Positions 27,801-40,130 of a stretch of DNA of 64,000 bases are shown in pieces (positions within the stretch are counted from its first letter, which is position 1; each line of letters opens with the position of its first letter). The translations under genes were made by a program, and so were the position numbers. Location: the NCBI GenBank assembly GCA_965645245.1, contig OZ287067.1:3162001-3226000 (forward strand), given 5' to 3'. The notes under the pieces are model-generated. The model was given only the letters and a program-made list of their open reading frames with translations, was not told the DNA's origin and ran no database searches. This stretch comes from Massalongia carnosa. Lineage: Eukaryota.

Positions 27801-28754
27801 CTACCTATTGAACATCAACTCATAAAAGACAGGCGATGCGCCATTATAAATAGAGCAAGCATTCTTCAAAGTCCCTCTCAAGAACTCCTCATCCTCCAAA
27901 ATACCAGCGTCATCCAAGTCTACGTCGCGCTCGAAAACATGTGTGTTGTGAAGCCGAGTGCCAAATTTATCCGTTAGCAACATGCTCGTCTTTATTTCTC
28001 GAACGACCCAATCAAGAAAGTAATCATCTTCCTTCATACTTGGCGGCGCTAGTACCTCTACGCAGCGGATCTGTCGCAGCAGCCGGAATGGCCCCAGTAT
28101 GTAAGCCATATCGTCCAGGCAATGTAAAATAGGTTTTTGGTCCTTCCCATTGCGATACCACTTAGCTGCTTTGTTTTCCACCAGTTTGATCTCGATCTTA
28201 GGTAAGTAGGCACCTGCCGCCGGAACCCCTCGTCGCTCCTGTTTCCGCTGAAACCCTAGCAGCAGACCAAGAATGCTCTCGACCATCTCCCTCGCCCGTG
28301 CAAGCTGTCTTACGTTTTCTCCATTCGGTGGCAAAAGTTCAACCGCAATGCTCTTAAACCTTTCAAACGGTGTAAAAATGAAATCCTGCTCCAAAGCTCC
28401 AGGTAATTCTTTCACACTCCACCGCGCCCACCGGGGACAAATGGAAAACCGAATTTCGCGCCGATATAACTCTGCCGCCACCTCGTCGTGTAGACGATGG
28501 CTAGTTTGCATAATAGCGAGCCGGTTGGGTGAGTCGCGGTATCCTGCGGGCCACATCTCGTCTGGATTTTGCCAGCCGAGGGGCTTGATGTCAGCGTTGA
28601 GGCTGCGATAAGAGGGATCAAGATAGTGCCAGACGTTGAAACGGATTTCAGGAGGGAGGATTGAAAAGGCGCCTAGGGGTGTGCCCCTGCCTAGCCGGAT
28701 AGAATCGTCATTTTCGCTGGCGGAGGATTGGGAGGAGGAGAAAAAGGAGGGCAT
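27801..28754 (-). CDS. Hypothetical protein with N-terminal F-box-like motif
   Basis: Uninterrupted ORF from the first ATG at 28754, with the F-box-like signature FSILPPEIRFNVWHYL. Confidence 0.7.
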   Translation of the reverse strand: MPSFFSSSQSSASENDDSIRLGRGTPLGAFSILPPEIRFNVWHYLDPSYRSLNADIKPLGWQNPDEMWPAGYRDSPNRLAIMQTSHRLHDEVAAELYRREIRFSICPRWARWSVKELPGALEQDFIFTPFERFKSIAVELLPPNGENVRQLARAREMVESILGLLLGFQRKQERRGVPAAGAYLPKIEIKLVENKAAKWYRNGKDQKPILHCLDDMAYILGPFRLLRQIRCVEVLAPPSMKEDDYFLDWVVREIKTSMLLTDKFGTRLHNTHVFERDVDLDDAGILEDEEFLRGTLKNACSIYNGASPVFYELMFNR

Positions 28755-31412
28755 TTTGAGTGGGTGATGGGGATTCTTGAAGCTGATGGATGGTGCGTTT
28801 ATGGGCAAGTTATTTACAGTGAAATGGATTGCTTGTTATTGTTTTCTATCCACTGACTTGCGCAAGCTAAGCTAAGCCAACAAAGCCCGATATGACCAAA
28901 GCCGTTATCAATCCGCTCTTCCTCCCTTCCTTCGGCTTTGTCTTGGTTGTTGCACTTATCTCCTTGTTTCCTTTGTACGAGTACCATTCCCCCATTACTT
29001 GTGGATAACCAAGAAGCACCGGAACTTCTGTTTATCCCTTTCCCGCTCCGTCTTATCGATAATCCATTCCCTGGGCACGCCGATCTCCATAATCGTTGTT
29101 CTCCCACTGGGCCTTTTGGGGGGTTTCATTTATTTCTTACCTCTTTCCTCTCCTACACTCCTTCAAACCGACAAACCATCCCTTTACAACACCCCCCCCC
29201 CTCTCTACCGATCTAATTGTGCTCCTCTAGCGCGATCTTCAGAATATGCGCCATTTCGCGATTTGACCCATTTCAGATTGATCCAATCTAAATCTACCCA
29301 GCTAATTTCTACCATTAGGCTTTTTTGAAGTTTGCTAGACTTCGTTCACTAGGGGTTCGGTATATATAGCTGGGGGGGGTTCGAAAAAATAGAAATGGAG
29401 GCGGATTTTTTTATCTCTCTCCCGGGAGGGGGGGTTCTCTTCACGGTGAAGGCGAGCGGATTTGGATAGGTTTAAATAAGCATCTAATAAGGGAATTTTG
29501 CTCGTTAAGGTGCTGATTTGAAAGACAGGTTTGATTTGAATTATACAGTACGGGCAGGAATCATGGGTCAGTCAGGGATTGCGTGGGAAGTACATAGTAA
29601 AGATTGAGAAGATGTAGGGGGGGGAGGGAAGGAAAGTATTTCGGGCCTAAATGGATTCTCTTCGTCATCTTCTTCTTCTTCTTCTTCTCATTCGCTTCTT
29701 TTACGTTTGTTGCTAGCTTTTATATGTATTCATTTAAATATAATTCTTGATCCCATCGTTTTCACTTTTCCCCAACCCGTTCCATTTTCCCTTTCCCTTC
29801 CACTCTTCTTCCTATCATCGACCTCATCTATCCATCCATCCATCCCATCTTTCTTTTCTTTCTTTCCTTCCTTCCTAACCTTCTTTTCTTCACACACACA
29901 CTTCCTATCGTCTAGGTATTCACTAAAATACCTCCATGCTGCGCGTCGCTGTTGGATCTTGAAATATAGTTTTTCGGAGATTTGGGTTGGAAAAAGGTCA
30001 TTTTCTTCCGATGATTTTTTCTATGGTGCGATTCTATTCAAAACCTCAACCCCGTAAGTACCCATTCCATTCCCCCTTCAACCTCTTCCTTTGTTCCTTC
30101 ATTGACTTCTTTCTTCCCTTCCTCCTTCACTCCTGTTCCTTTCTCTCCTCGTCAGTAGATTTACTTCCAACCCTCCCTCCCCCAACGACACCATACCATA
30201 CCTTCCTATCCGCTAAAAGAAAAATCTTGAATCGTCATTTATTTACCCATCAGGCATAGATACGGAAAAATTTTTCTTCTCCAAAAGTCGTTGAAGATAT
30301 GAGAGCTTTAGAAGAAGCAAGAGATGGGGTGGGGATTAATTAAGGGAGCTCACTGTTTCTCTTGGGAATGGGAGAAACAAATAAGAAAATCCGGCTATTT
30401 TGTAGCAATGGCGGGAAACCAAACGGGCAATCTTCATACATCCTTCCAAAAAAAAAAAGTCAGTAAGCAACGATGCAACAAAAACCACCTAGAGAGGGGG
30501 AGGTAGTCTAAAAACCGTTAAACTTCCACTGTTGTTCTCGTTCCGCATCTCTTGCTTTTCCTCCCCCTTGTCTTTCCTCGCTTCCCTCCTCCTTTTCGCG
30601 CTCTGCTTTACCGATTCATCTAAACTAGCCCTGTACTCCGTGCCCATCCAATAAATAAGAAAAGGAGAGGACGGGACGGGACTGGACTGGATAGAAAGGT
30701 CATGGCTAGCTGACGTAGTAGAAGGATATATCGGGTATGGAGGAGGATAACTATGGGAAACGTGGGGAAAAAATACTGATATAAAGTAAAAGAGGAACGG
30801 GATCCCGAGCAAGGGGGGTTCCTGGTCCCGTGACTAGTCGTCATGCGAAAAAAGTTTTTTACCTAATGCCCGATATGGGCATGCAAAGCATGTTATGTAA
30901 CCCGACGTACTCTGTACATGTACAACGGTTGATGTAGATGGAAAAAACTTAATGGTTGAAAACGATTCTTCTTCTATCATCCAAAGTCTCATCATGTTCA
31001 TGACTACATGTTTAAAGATTAACGAAAATGCTAAAGAGCGTGAGTGGGTATCATCCCGCCAAAAAAACAAAAAACAATAAAACCAGCTGCCATTCGTTAC
31101 GAAGCCTTCCGTGGAAAGAAAAAAAAAAAAAACGAAGCACGCCGTCGAAACCCGCTTCCCGCGTCCCCTTCTCGACCCCACCATCGGGCCAAAGAAAAAC
31201 AAGCCATGCGTTTCGGAGTTACCGTGAACGAGCACAGTCCAGCCCCTTAATCCATTCCCGTGTTCGGGACCCACGCGCCCACATGGGGGAAAAATATTCC
31301 AGCCGTACACCGCTTCCTCGTTCATGCAAGACTCGGTAACCTTAAATTGCACGTGTACTGGACAGAAATCCACAGGGTAACGCGATAGGTGGAATCAGTC
31401 GGGTCTGCAACG

Positions 31413-32480
31413 CTACGAGGCCACGCTCACCCCGTCCTCGAAGGGAAAGGGCGGGATCACCGGTGAGTCTTCCCGCTCGTTGGCTCCGCGAGGGATCATT
31501 TTGGGCTTCTTGCTTGCTTGCTGCAGAGGCGGTTGCCCGCTGTGTCTCTTGACCAGACTGAGGGAGCGCGTGAGACCCTTCCAGCTTGTGGAAGCGGTAG
31601 GCGAATGATAGATCGGACTTGATGGCGTGTGAATGCTATCACCAACGTCGAACACGCGCGTGCTGAAATGATGATGGCTCCTAGTGGACGAACGCGGGGT
31701 GCTGGGGAGGAAAGGTTCGTATTCATTAAAGCGATGGCTCGCTGTCGGTCGGCCGGTCAGGCTGGGGAAGTAATGCTCGTCTTCTGCCTCGGCCAGGGGG
31801 TCTTCTGGCAACCAGGAGTCCGGTGCAGGCACGGACAAGCTTTCCTTTCGCTTCAGCTGCTGCCTGGAGCTGGGTGCAGGAGTGATGGCACCCATGTTTT
31901 CTCTGACCGAATGCGGGCGGTTTTCGTCGACAGTCGATGGAGCTGATATTGGTGCTGGGGCTGCTGCGCGAATTGGGACATTATTCTTAGCTACGAGCGG
32001 GAGGAGAGCCTTAGCGGGACGCTTGCGTTTATGCATGGGGGCAAGATTGGTGATATCGATCAGTTTCGGGCGTGCAAATGCAAGAATCGGCATTGCGACA
32101 GCGACTTCAGCTTTGAATTCTTCGACCGAAAAATCCGGAGTGTTATCCACGAAGATATCGACGAGATTCTGCTTGAGCTGGTCGTCGTCGTCACGTCCGC
32201 TGTCCTCTGGGCTGGGTGATGGTTCTTCTTCGCTGGAGAGATAGCGATCATGCAGCTCTTGCTTGGTATAGGTGTTGATTCGAAGGGTATGGCGAGTTGG
32301 CTTGGACGGCGTTTTGCCCAGCTTCGCCGAGGAAAAATCCATCTCTTTTTGAGGCTTCTCGTAATCTTCATCCACGATCCACAACTGCTCCTTCATGCCC
32401 TCGCTACTTTCGGTGCTGTTCCTGGCGCTTCCGCCTTGCCTGGGAGCCAGTACGTGACGACGACGATTAAGCACTGGCAT
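31413..32480 (-). CDS. Hypothetical Pro/Ser-rich fungal protein
   Basis: Single-exon ORF of ~355 aa from ATG 32480 with conserved-looking blocks YLSSEEEPSP, RPKLIDITNLAPMHKR and KPKMIPRGANERE..PVIPPFP. No family recognised. Confidence 0.75.
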   Translation of the reverse strand: MPVLNRRRHVLAPRQGGSARNSTESSEGMKEQLWIVDEDYEKPQKEMDFSSAKLGKTPSKPTRHTLRINTYTKQELHDRYLSSEEEPSPSPEDSGRDDDDQLKQNLVDIFVDNTPDFSVEEFKAEVAVAMPILAFARPKLIDITNLAPMHKRKRPAKALLPLVAKNNVPIRAAAPAPISAPSTVDENRPHSVRENMGAITPAPSSRQQLKRKESLSVPAPDSWLPEDPLAEAEDEHYFPSLTGRPTASHRFNEYEPFLPSTPRSSTRSHHHFSTRVFDVGDSIHTPSSPIYHSPTASTSWKGLTRSLSLVKRHSGQPPLQQASKKPKMIPRGANEREDSPVIPPFPFEDGVSVAS

Positions 32481-33990
32481 TGCAAGTTCAAGTTCCACCA
32501 AGTATGGAATTATCGATATATGACGAGGTGCAAGAGGTAAGAGTAGGGTTCGTAAGGGTAATGAGAAGGAAGAGGTGGAAATCCAACGAGTTACAATGAT
32601 TCATGTCACGTCGAGTCGGCTGCGGAAGCTCGGACACGGATTAGGCAGAGGATCACCAGAGCATATTGACTTTTGCTGACAGCAGAGGGTGAAAGCGAGA
32701 AGGACAAAAGCCGAGCGGATCGCTCGGGGTTCTATAGCCCTTCGGCGGCCGCATGGTTTGGGGTATTTTTAATGGGAGCTTATCATCATTTTATTCACCA
32801 TGTATTTATTCACGCTAAGGTGGCACCGTTACGGCCCTCACAAGCAGATCATCGGGTCTGCATGACGAATCTAGCTTGCCAGGGTGTAAGACTAGATCTC
32901 GCAAGCATAACGCCAATCCCACTGGTGGGTACCTGTTGAGGCAACGGGGCGCCGTTGGTGTGTGGGAAGTCGAAAGTACAACTAGTGAGAAGGAGAGCGA
33001 GCGTTTTTCGAGCGGGCGGGGAGGGGGCCGGTTGTGGTGTGCGGGTTTCAGCCTTTTCGATTGGTGTTGGCGGCGGGATCAGAGCACCATTCGGCTGCAT
33101 ATGGAGACAACCGCATCTGGAGTTACTATCCGTTTTGACGAGGAAGGTCATTTTCCCAGGGTCAGGTGGATCAAGGACCGTACTCTGTATGAAGTCAACG
33201 ACTAGCTTGGCACTGACTACTTTGGCACTGACTACTTATCCGTGCCAGTGTGCAACATAACTAACCGTCGCTGCGCACTGCGCATCTTCTCAGCTTCCCG
33301 CATCCTGTTCCGACCGCATTTCAGCCAAGTACTCTATACTTTGCCAGGCTGCCAAGTCCAACGACTTTCATGAATGCTTTGTATGAAGTACGCTGAAGGA
33401 GAATGATGCGAGGGGTTCCGACAGACAGCGTACTCGGTACAGAGTCGACAGCCTCAGCTCTCGTATTCATCTGACTAGCGAATGCAAGTCAGCCAGCCTC
33501 GTCAATCTACAGAGTACTCTGTAATCTGACAATGCGTGGAGCTATCATTCTCCGTCATCTGAAGTTTTTGCGTACACAGTCATCAGGGTCCAACCCAAGC
33601 CTGGAACATGGGCATTTGTTATTGATTGATTCCACGAGGTAACTAGTCGCCAAGAACAGAGTACCGAGTTCGGAGTTGCACTTACTCCGTACGGAGTACT
33701 TCATTCAGGTTCTAGGTCGGTACAATTCGAGGCGTAAAGTTTGTTTCGGCTTTTGACTCCTTTTTCACCCTATCGATACTTTGTAGAGACGCATCGACAA
33801 CAAGGATATCAATGCATAATGCCGGAAGTCGTAAAGTTTGTGACCGCCGCTTCGTGATAATGAAAAGAAAATCCTCTGTAATCTTCAGTACATGCCATTA
33901 TCATTCAGCCGCGAGTTCGTCCGAGAAAAGTAAAATACAATCATGAAACGAGGGCCGCTAGCTTAGACGTTGTTGAATACTTGTTAGTTA

Positions 33991-34033
33991 CCGTTTGCCG
34001 TTTGCCGTTTGCCGTTTGCCGTTTGCAGTTTGC
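33991..34033. repeat. (CCGTTTG)n heptanucleotide microsatellite
   Basis: About 6 consecutive copies. Confidence 0.85.
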
Positions 34034-36319
34034 ATTCCCACTCTAAGCCACATTTGGTTTCACACTCTCCGTTCAACAGCCTGTCGGTATTTAGATATTT
34101 GACTAGTCTCATTCCTGAGTCAAGGAAAGCATGATGGAAGTTGACGAAAGATCAAACCGAAAAAGGATAGTCATCACGGCAATGCATCCATCGCCACAAG
34201 AGTGTAGGTACTCCACACGGAGTAACTACTCCGTACCCGGTAGATAATCTCATCCTCCATCAGATTCTACTGTGTCTTCAATGGATCGTGTCGCAACGCA
34301 AATCTCAAACATTTACACTTCCTGCAACAATTGCGACATATGTACTCGGAAAGAAAGAAGAAGGTTTCGTGCTACGGATCTGCATTTAAGGTCTCATTCG
34401 CTTCGTCGCTGCATGGCAAATCGGTTCGCTCTTGACGGACTGCTGCGGTTAAGCAAGTCGAGAATAGAAGAAAGATGGCATTTCCGATTCCTCCCCTCGT
34501 CGGATCGTTTCTCTTAAAACTACGAATTATGACTCGTTGACGGTTCCTCCATCCGTTTCTGCGTGTATGTACATACAACGTGATCTTGATATATGTAAAT
34601 GATCGCCTGGCAAGAATCTCGGGGAATTCATCTCGGGAGCTGTGGCCCTAAGCTACATACATCAATGGTACCCAAAGAGCGAACCTCGCCAGCCTTCTTC
34701 ACAGCAGAGCCCCCAATCCAGAGAGCCGAATCTGGCTGCCTATATCCAAGGACCCCCCCGACCATGCTCAGCTAAAAATGTACAAAATAGGTAATTAATG
34801 AGTACTAACGACGCCTCTCTCTCCATGCCCTAATCTAGCTCTCATCACATCCGGCAGTCTTCGCTTCATTCATCTCAAACGCACACTCCACCATCGCCCC
34901 AGATTCTTCAATCTTAGCAGTCACCATGTTGGTCCAAGGCACAGCAAACTCCCCTCCTTGATTAGGAACCGTATAGCTATGTCGACATAACCATTCACAA
35001 CGATCACCTGCGTGCCTCGTTTCTAATCCTACCTAGACCTCGCCGCATACAGAACTGAATATGATATTCATCCTAGAAGGGTAGCAACCCCGGCTTCAAA
35101 CTCCAAGAAACAGCCCAAGCGGGATTGACGACTCTATTTTCCGAAGGCGCAGCAGACCCTCGTCAAGCTTGGACAATCCAACAACCACAATCGCGAAACC
35201 TTTAATCATCTCTAGACTTCGCTTTCGCTTTTGCTTCATTCCAACAATCGTCTAATCTCGCTCCATTCAGGAATCGTCAGGATATTGGTTCCTTGGACCT
35301 TTCCCTACGAAACGAGGCAACAAAACTATCCCGGTGTCTCTGAGGCACAGCAAATTCACCTCGAACATTACTATCCTGTGCTCACGACTCGAAATATACA
35401 AGGTCTTCTGACCTTGGTTGTTTTCTTCGCAGGCCCATAGATGTCAAAAACCTTATAAAAACTTGAACTGTCACAACACCCATCTAGCAAGTCAATCAAC
35501 CGGGGCGACAACCTTTTGCATTTCAAACTAGAAATCGTAAATGAAAGCTTGGAAGCCTAGTTTCAAGCCATATTGATCTTCCAGGCCGCGGCATACACGT
35601 ATTCCTGATAATTTTTCAAAATCAATTTTTCTTCTCTTTCTCAACTTTGCTCAAAATTCGACAGATTTATAAACTTCGAGATACTCACGGCAAGAATCCA
35701 CGTAATCCTAGGTCATGCAAATGCGCAACTCGAACAAGATGATCCCCGCAGTACCGAAAATGTGACTTGTATGGATCTCCCAAGTACAATACCTTTACCA
35801 CAGACCCCATTTATGCATTCATGCATTCATGTATTTATGCATTCAAGCAATCATGCACTACCAACTTCAAGCACACCTCTCGCAACCGTAACTGCATATG
35901 GGAGTTTTCCATTTTCGGTTCTTCGCCTCCTTAATTCAATTCCATTTCCCTATCTACTCACGCCCGACAGACCACATTCGTCTTGTATCTACACGTTTTA
36001 CGCCTTCACGCTTTTACGCCACATCGACTTCTGTCCCAAACCCATATTTAGCTACGGATTACCCGAAAACGGAAAACTCCATGTTCCTTCAGTCACACCC
36101 AATCCTGTTGGGGTAACAATAAACTATGTTCTCTTTTCTTGGTTTCCTGATTGTTCTATTTTGCTACGTGAAACAGACCCAATCCACTCGTCCCAACCGC
36201 GCTATTCTCCTGACCCCCAATCCACGGTGTAACTTAAATCTTATCCCTCTCTTCCAGTCAGAGACCCCACACCAGCTTACGCTTACTAATTCAAAATCTC
36301 GCAGCAATCTAAAATTCAT

Positions 36320-37420
36320 ATATTGAGCCCCTTATCTATATCCAACTTCGTCGTGGGTGGCTACACCTATTGTAAGTTCCGAACCATTTTTGGGTAATGC
36401 ATTTTCACCTTGATCCATGCCTTCAGTCTAGAATTTCCCTTCTTCCCCATTTCTTCGCCATCACACCGTCAACCCCCAATTCAGGACTTACATAACTCAA
36501 CCGTACCACATCTTTCATCCACCAACTCAACCCCTTAAAACCCCCAAGCTCATCCTTTCTCTTCCCTATCCACTTCCAAACCCCTCCCCTAAATCCTGCT
36601 CCTAGCCCCCCTTCCTGCCCACCCTCTCATCTCCTTTCCTTCCCTATTCACTCCCACCACTCCAAAATGAAACACTCACATTCGCCCCCCACAATATCTC
36701 AAGAACCCCAATCTCTTTAAAAACTTCTCAGCATCACTTTTCCCAGGCAGTAACAACAACCTCCAGTCCATCCCCATATAAAACTCTCTGCCATACCATA
36801 ACATCAGTTTCCATCCCCCGTCCCAACTCTCATCTAAAGCAATCCGCTTTTCACACCGCCTTCCAATCCGTTCTTGAACGATATACCTAGCAGCTCTTTG
36901 TAAGCTCTACCCGCCTTAACTGTTTCCTAGCAAGCAAGCACATCATTAGCTCCACCCCTTCGTGTAAATACACTCTTCATTCCTAAACCCAGATTTCCAG
37001 AATTGGTATTGCCATGTAACTAGAAAGGGGGGGGGGGAATAGCCATTTTCCCCTTTCCTTGAATCAATACTCTAGAGGTACCGCGACAACGAATTTTAAT
37101 CCTTCCGTGTTAAACCCCGTTTGTCTGCGAAGATTGATCATCGTCAATGCCGCAGGAGGAGACTCAACTAGTGTTTTTTTGGGTTTTGAGGTTCTTTTCG
37201 TTCCGTTCTTTCTTCGCTCTTTCCCGAAGGATGTGTTTGATGAATTGATGGTTTGTTCGTCTCCAAAGAAAGATACCGCACCCGAGAACGCGCAGTCTCG
37301 GAATTCGACAGGGTATCTCACCATCCTCATCACCGTTACTATTATTTCGGCAGATAGACTCTCTCTCCCTCTCAACCCCTTCACGGGATCTCGTATATTA
37401 CCGCTGGACTCACCCAAGCA
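36320..37420 (-). pseudogene. Heavily decayed gene of unknown family
   Basis: After a polypyrimidine...CTAG acceptor (~37020) one frame reads as protein-like for ~230 codons (YMAIPILEIWV*E*RVYLHEGVELMMCLL...) punctuated mostly by TAG/TGA. An upstream ORF lies at 37064-37417. Confidence 0.35.
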
Positions 37421-39004
37421 CTTTTTCCTTCCACTCGAGGAGACAAACCCACCTTTCTTCCCCCGCAGGTTCTTTTCCGGGAAGGGGGTTGCTTTTTTCT
37501 CCGCTTCATATTAGCCAACAACCCCCTAATGTTATACAGCGAAATATCACACCAACCCATTTAACCCAATAGAACCCGTTTTTTAGTTTGCCCCGGTTTG
37601 CTATTTACGTTTTGTGCGGTGGTAGATATATAGATACTTGCATGAATAGAGAGGGAGATTGTTGGATGATGATGATTCTTCTTCGTTCGGATTTTTGGTA
37701 GTAGCGAAATAGTAGTGATTGATTCTTCGTTCCTTGATATTGCGCCCCACCCCTTCCGGTGCTTTCTCTTCTTCTTTCATAGTATAGATTCGAGAATCAT
37801 CTCTCTCTCCACCTACTATTTAGGTCATATAATTAAATTAGACTCGAGTGCTCCTGGAGTTTCTCTATAAGGCATAATCTCCTTTTTTCTTCGTTCCGGA
37901 TCTCGACTTTTCCGGAATGTCGGTTCTTTGGATGCTCGTCTGGGTCGCTCAGCTCATTTTCTCGTTCGGTTTCACTTTATCACTTTGTTCTTCCTTTCTG
38001 CTTTTTCCTGTTCATTCATGAACTTCTTCACCCATCTTGTTCTTTCTATAGCTCTTTCTATCCTCCCCCCTCTCTAGACATAGATTTCGATGAGGGGTTG
38101 ATCCCCCCATCGAACGTAAACCTTATGGAAGAACGCTTCACCACCGTCCTAGAGACGGCTTGCATTACTTTTACTGCCCGGACCGAGGAAAGCACCAGGA
38201 TTCGGCCTAATCTGTTGAGTAGTGCAATAGGTGTCTCTATCTTTGTGCCCTCGATTCCCAACGACGCCATTTTAGACTAGCTAAGGTACCGTACCACGCA
38301 TGCTGAGGATTTTCAAACGAAGATGGGCAACCGTCCGGGGTACCATTTACGCAATTTCGTCAGGTACTTGTATCTGGAAAGGCAACCACAACGGGCATTA
38401 CTACTGCCTCTTTTGACAGAGCGAAACCGGGCGGAAATGGAGCGAATAATCAAGCGGAAGACGCTTGCTACGATTAAGGAGAGTATGAGAACAGAGTCAG
38501 TTTTAACATTACTACAGTAAGAGTCTAGATAAATCATAGCAATAGGAAGTGAGGTAATTTATTTATCGATTTCTTTACTTGTCTAGACTTTCACTGTAGG
38601 TTGAAACTATATGGAGTATATTCTCATGGATAGTCCTCATTCAACGAAAAATACAAAGCAATCCCGCTCGTGACAAAAAATGTGGCATTGAAATTCGATT
38701 ACAGGCTGAATTTAATCAGAATGTTCAAGGTGGCACCTTCCTATCCATGCATGTTTACCAAGTTAATCGTTCCTTCCAGCTGTGACAATGAAAAGTAACC
38801 ACATTCGACCAGGCGATGGCTGTTTTGGTTACATGTCTTTCTCACCACTCCCCACCATTTGCTTAACTACAGGTCCCTCTCATCACCTCCCACCGCCACG
38901 TACCTTGAACCAGAATTGAAAACTTCCGGCCTCTTTAAGACCTTATCTTTCTGCAGTTACTGCCGCTGTTGTTGTTACTGACGTTGTCACCACTACCTCG
39001 CGCA

Positions 39005-39546
39005 ATGCCAGACATTGGCCCGGGTCAAAAGGCCGCCTTGTTGGAGACATACGCTGCAAGCATCTCATTGCTGCCGTTCTCGCTGCGTGCCGAGTTCCTC
39101 GTCATCCTCGGTAGTAAACGAGAGACTGAAGATGTTGATTTTGCTATCACTTTCGCCGCCCTGTTTGCATTCGAGGAGGCCGCATACAACAACCCTTGCT
39201 TCTTCCAAGGATATGGAGGATTTTGGCTTTTTGCTGGACAAGATGGAGGAGGGGGTGGAGTTAGAGGAGAACCCTCAACTCCTCCTATCAACAAAGCTTC
39301 CCGATTACCCCCGCCATAGTGGCCATGGTCATTATTATCATGTGGCCCAAGTATCTGTCGCCCGCATCTTCAGCGACAGCCCATCATCCCAGATCTTTTT
39401 CTCGCAGTTCAGGGTTGAGATCTATAGTTATAAGAACTCGGGTTTTGGCTCAGTGGCTAGAGAGTATGGAGGCGACAGCGGCGGATTGTGGAGGGAGCCA
39501 TTCGGACCTCTTGAAAGAGCTGTTGAGGAAAGCAGGTCACCAGTAA
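39005..39546 (+). pseudogene. Internally deleted nucleotidyltransferase-fold protein remnant
   Basis: N-terminal motif LGSKRETEDVDFA (GS..R.T.DVD, DxD) is fused out of frame to a C-terminal-type motif KDMEDFGFLLDKME. The middle of the domain appears missing. Confidence 0.5.
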
Positions 39547-40130
39547 GCAAGGGTAAAGGAGATTGATTCTTTGTGAGGGTGCTATCGGGACCGAGCATGA
39601 CAGAAACGCTCAAGGACACTCTTTCGACTTAGACTTCCGCAGCTGTTATCAAGCCATGAGTCGATAAAGCAATAGGTGCAGGTGTGCATTATACGGGGAT
39701 GCTACTATTCAGTACCGCTAGCATAATGAGCAGTCATTAGAGAATAGAAGGCGACCAATACTCTTTTCCAGCCTTTGTTTCCCCCTCCCCTCAATTTTTA
39801 TTACTTGATTGAGCGAAACAAAGTCAGAACCGATGAATAGGGTTGGAAAAAAGGTACAGGTATGGAAATCGATGCAAGGAATCAATGGGCTTAGATGTTG
39901 GGGGATAGGAGAACATATTTGGATTTTCTATGTATGATACAAGGAACTGAGCTGGTCTTGCAGCGAGCTGGGATAAAGGCGAGGTTCCAAAAAACGATGC
40001 AGAAAGGATTTGATTTGGTTAGGAAAGGAGGGTTTGGCAGAGTGCGAAAGGAAGACCATATCCCGGAAAAGGTCATCCCCTCCATTGCCCCCCCCCCCCC
40101 CCCCCCCTACGCACGCTGTTAAGACATCCT

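Noticed and set aside
29600..31373. ORFs rich in Phe/Ser/Leu or Lys/Arg
   Set aside because: Translations of pyrimidine/purine low-complexity intergenic and UTR sequence.
38080..38520. Two protein-like ORF pieces (MEERFTTVLETAC..., MGNRPGYHLRNFVRYLYLE...)
   Set aside because: Possibly a gene remnant, but I cannot assign a family or a reliable exon structure.
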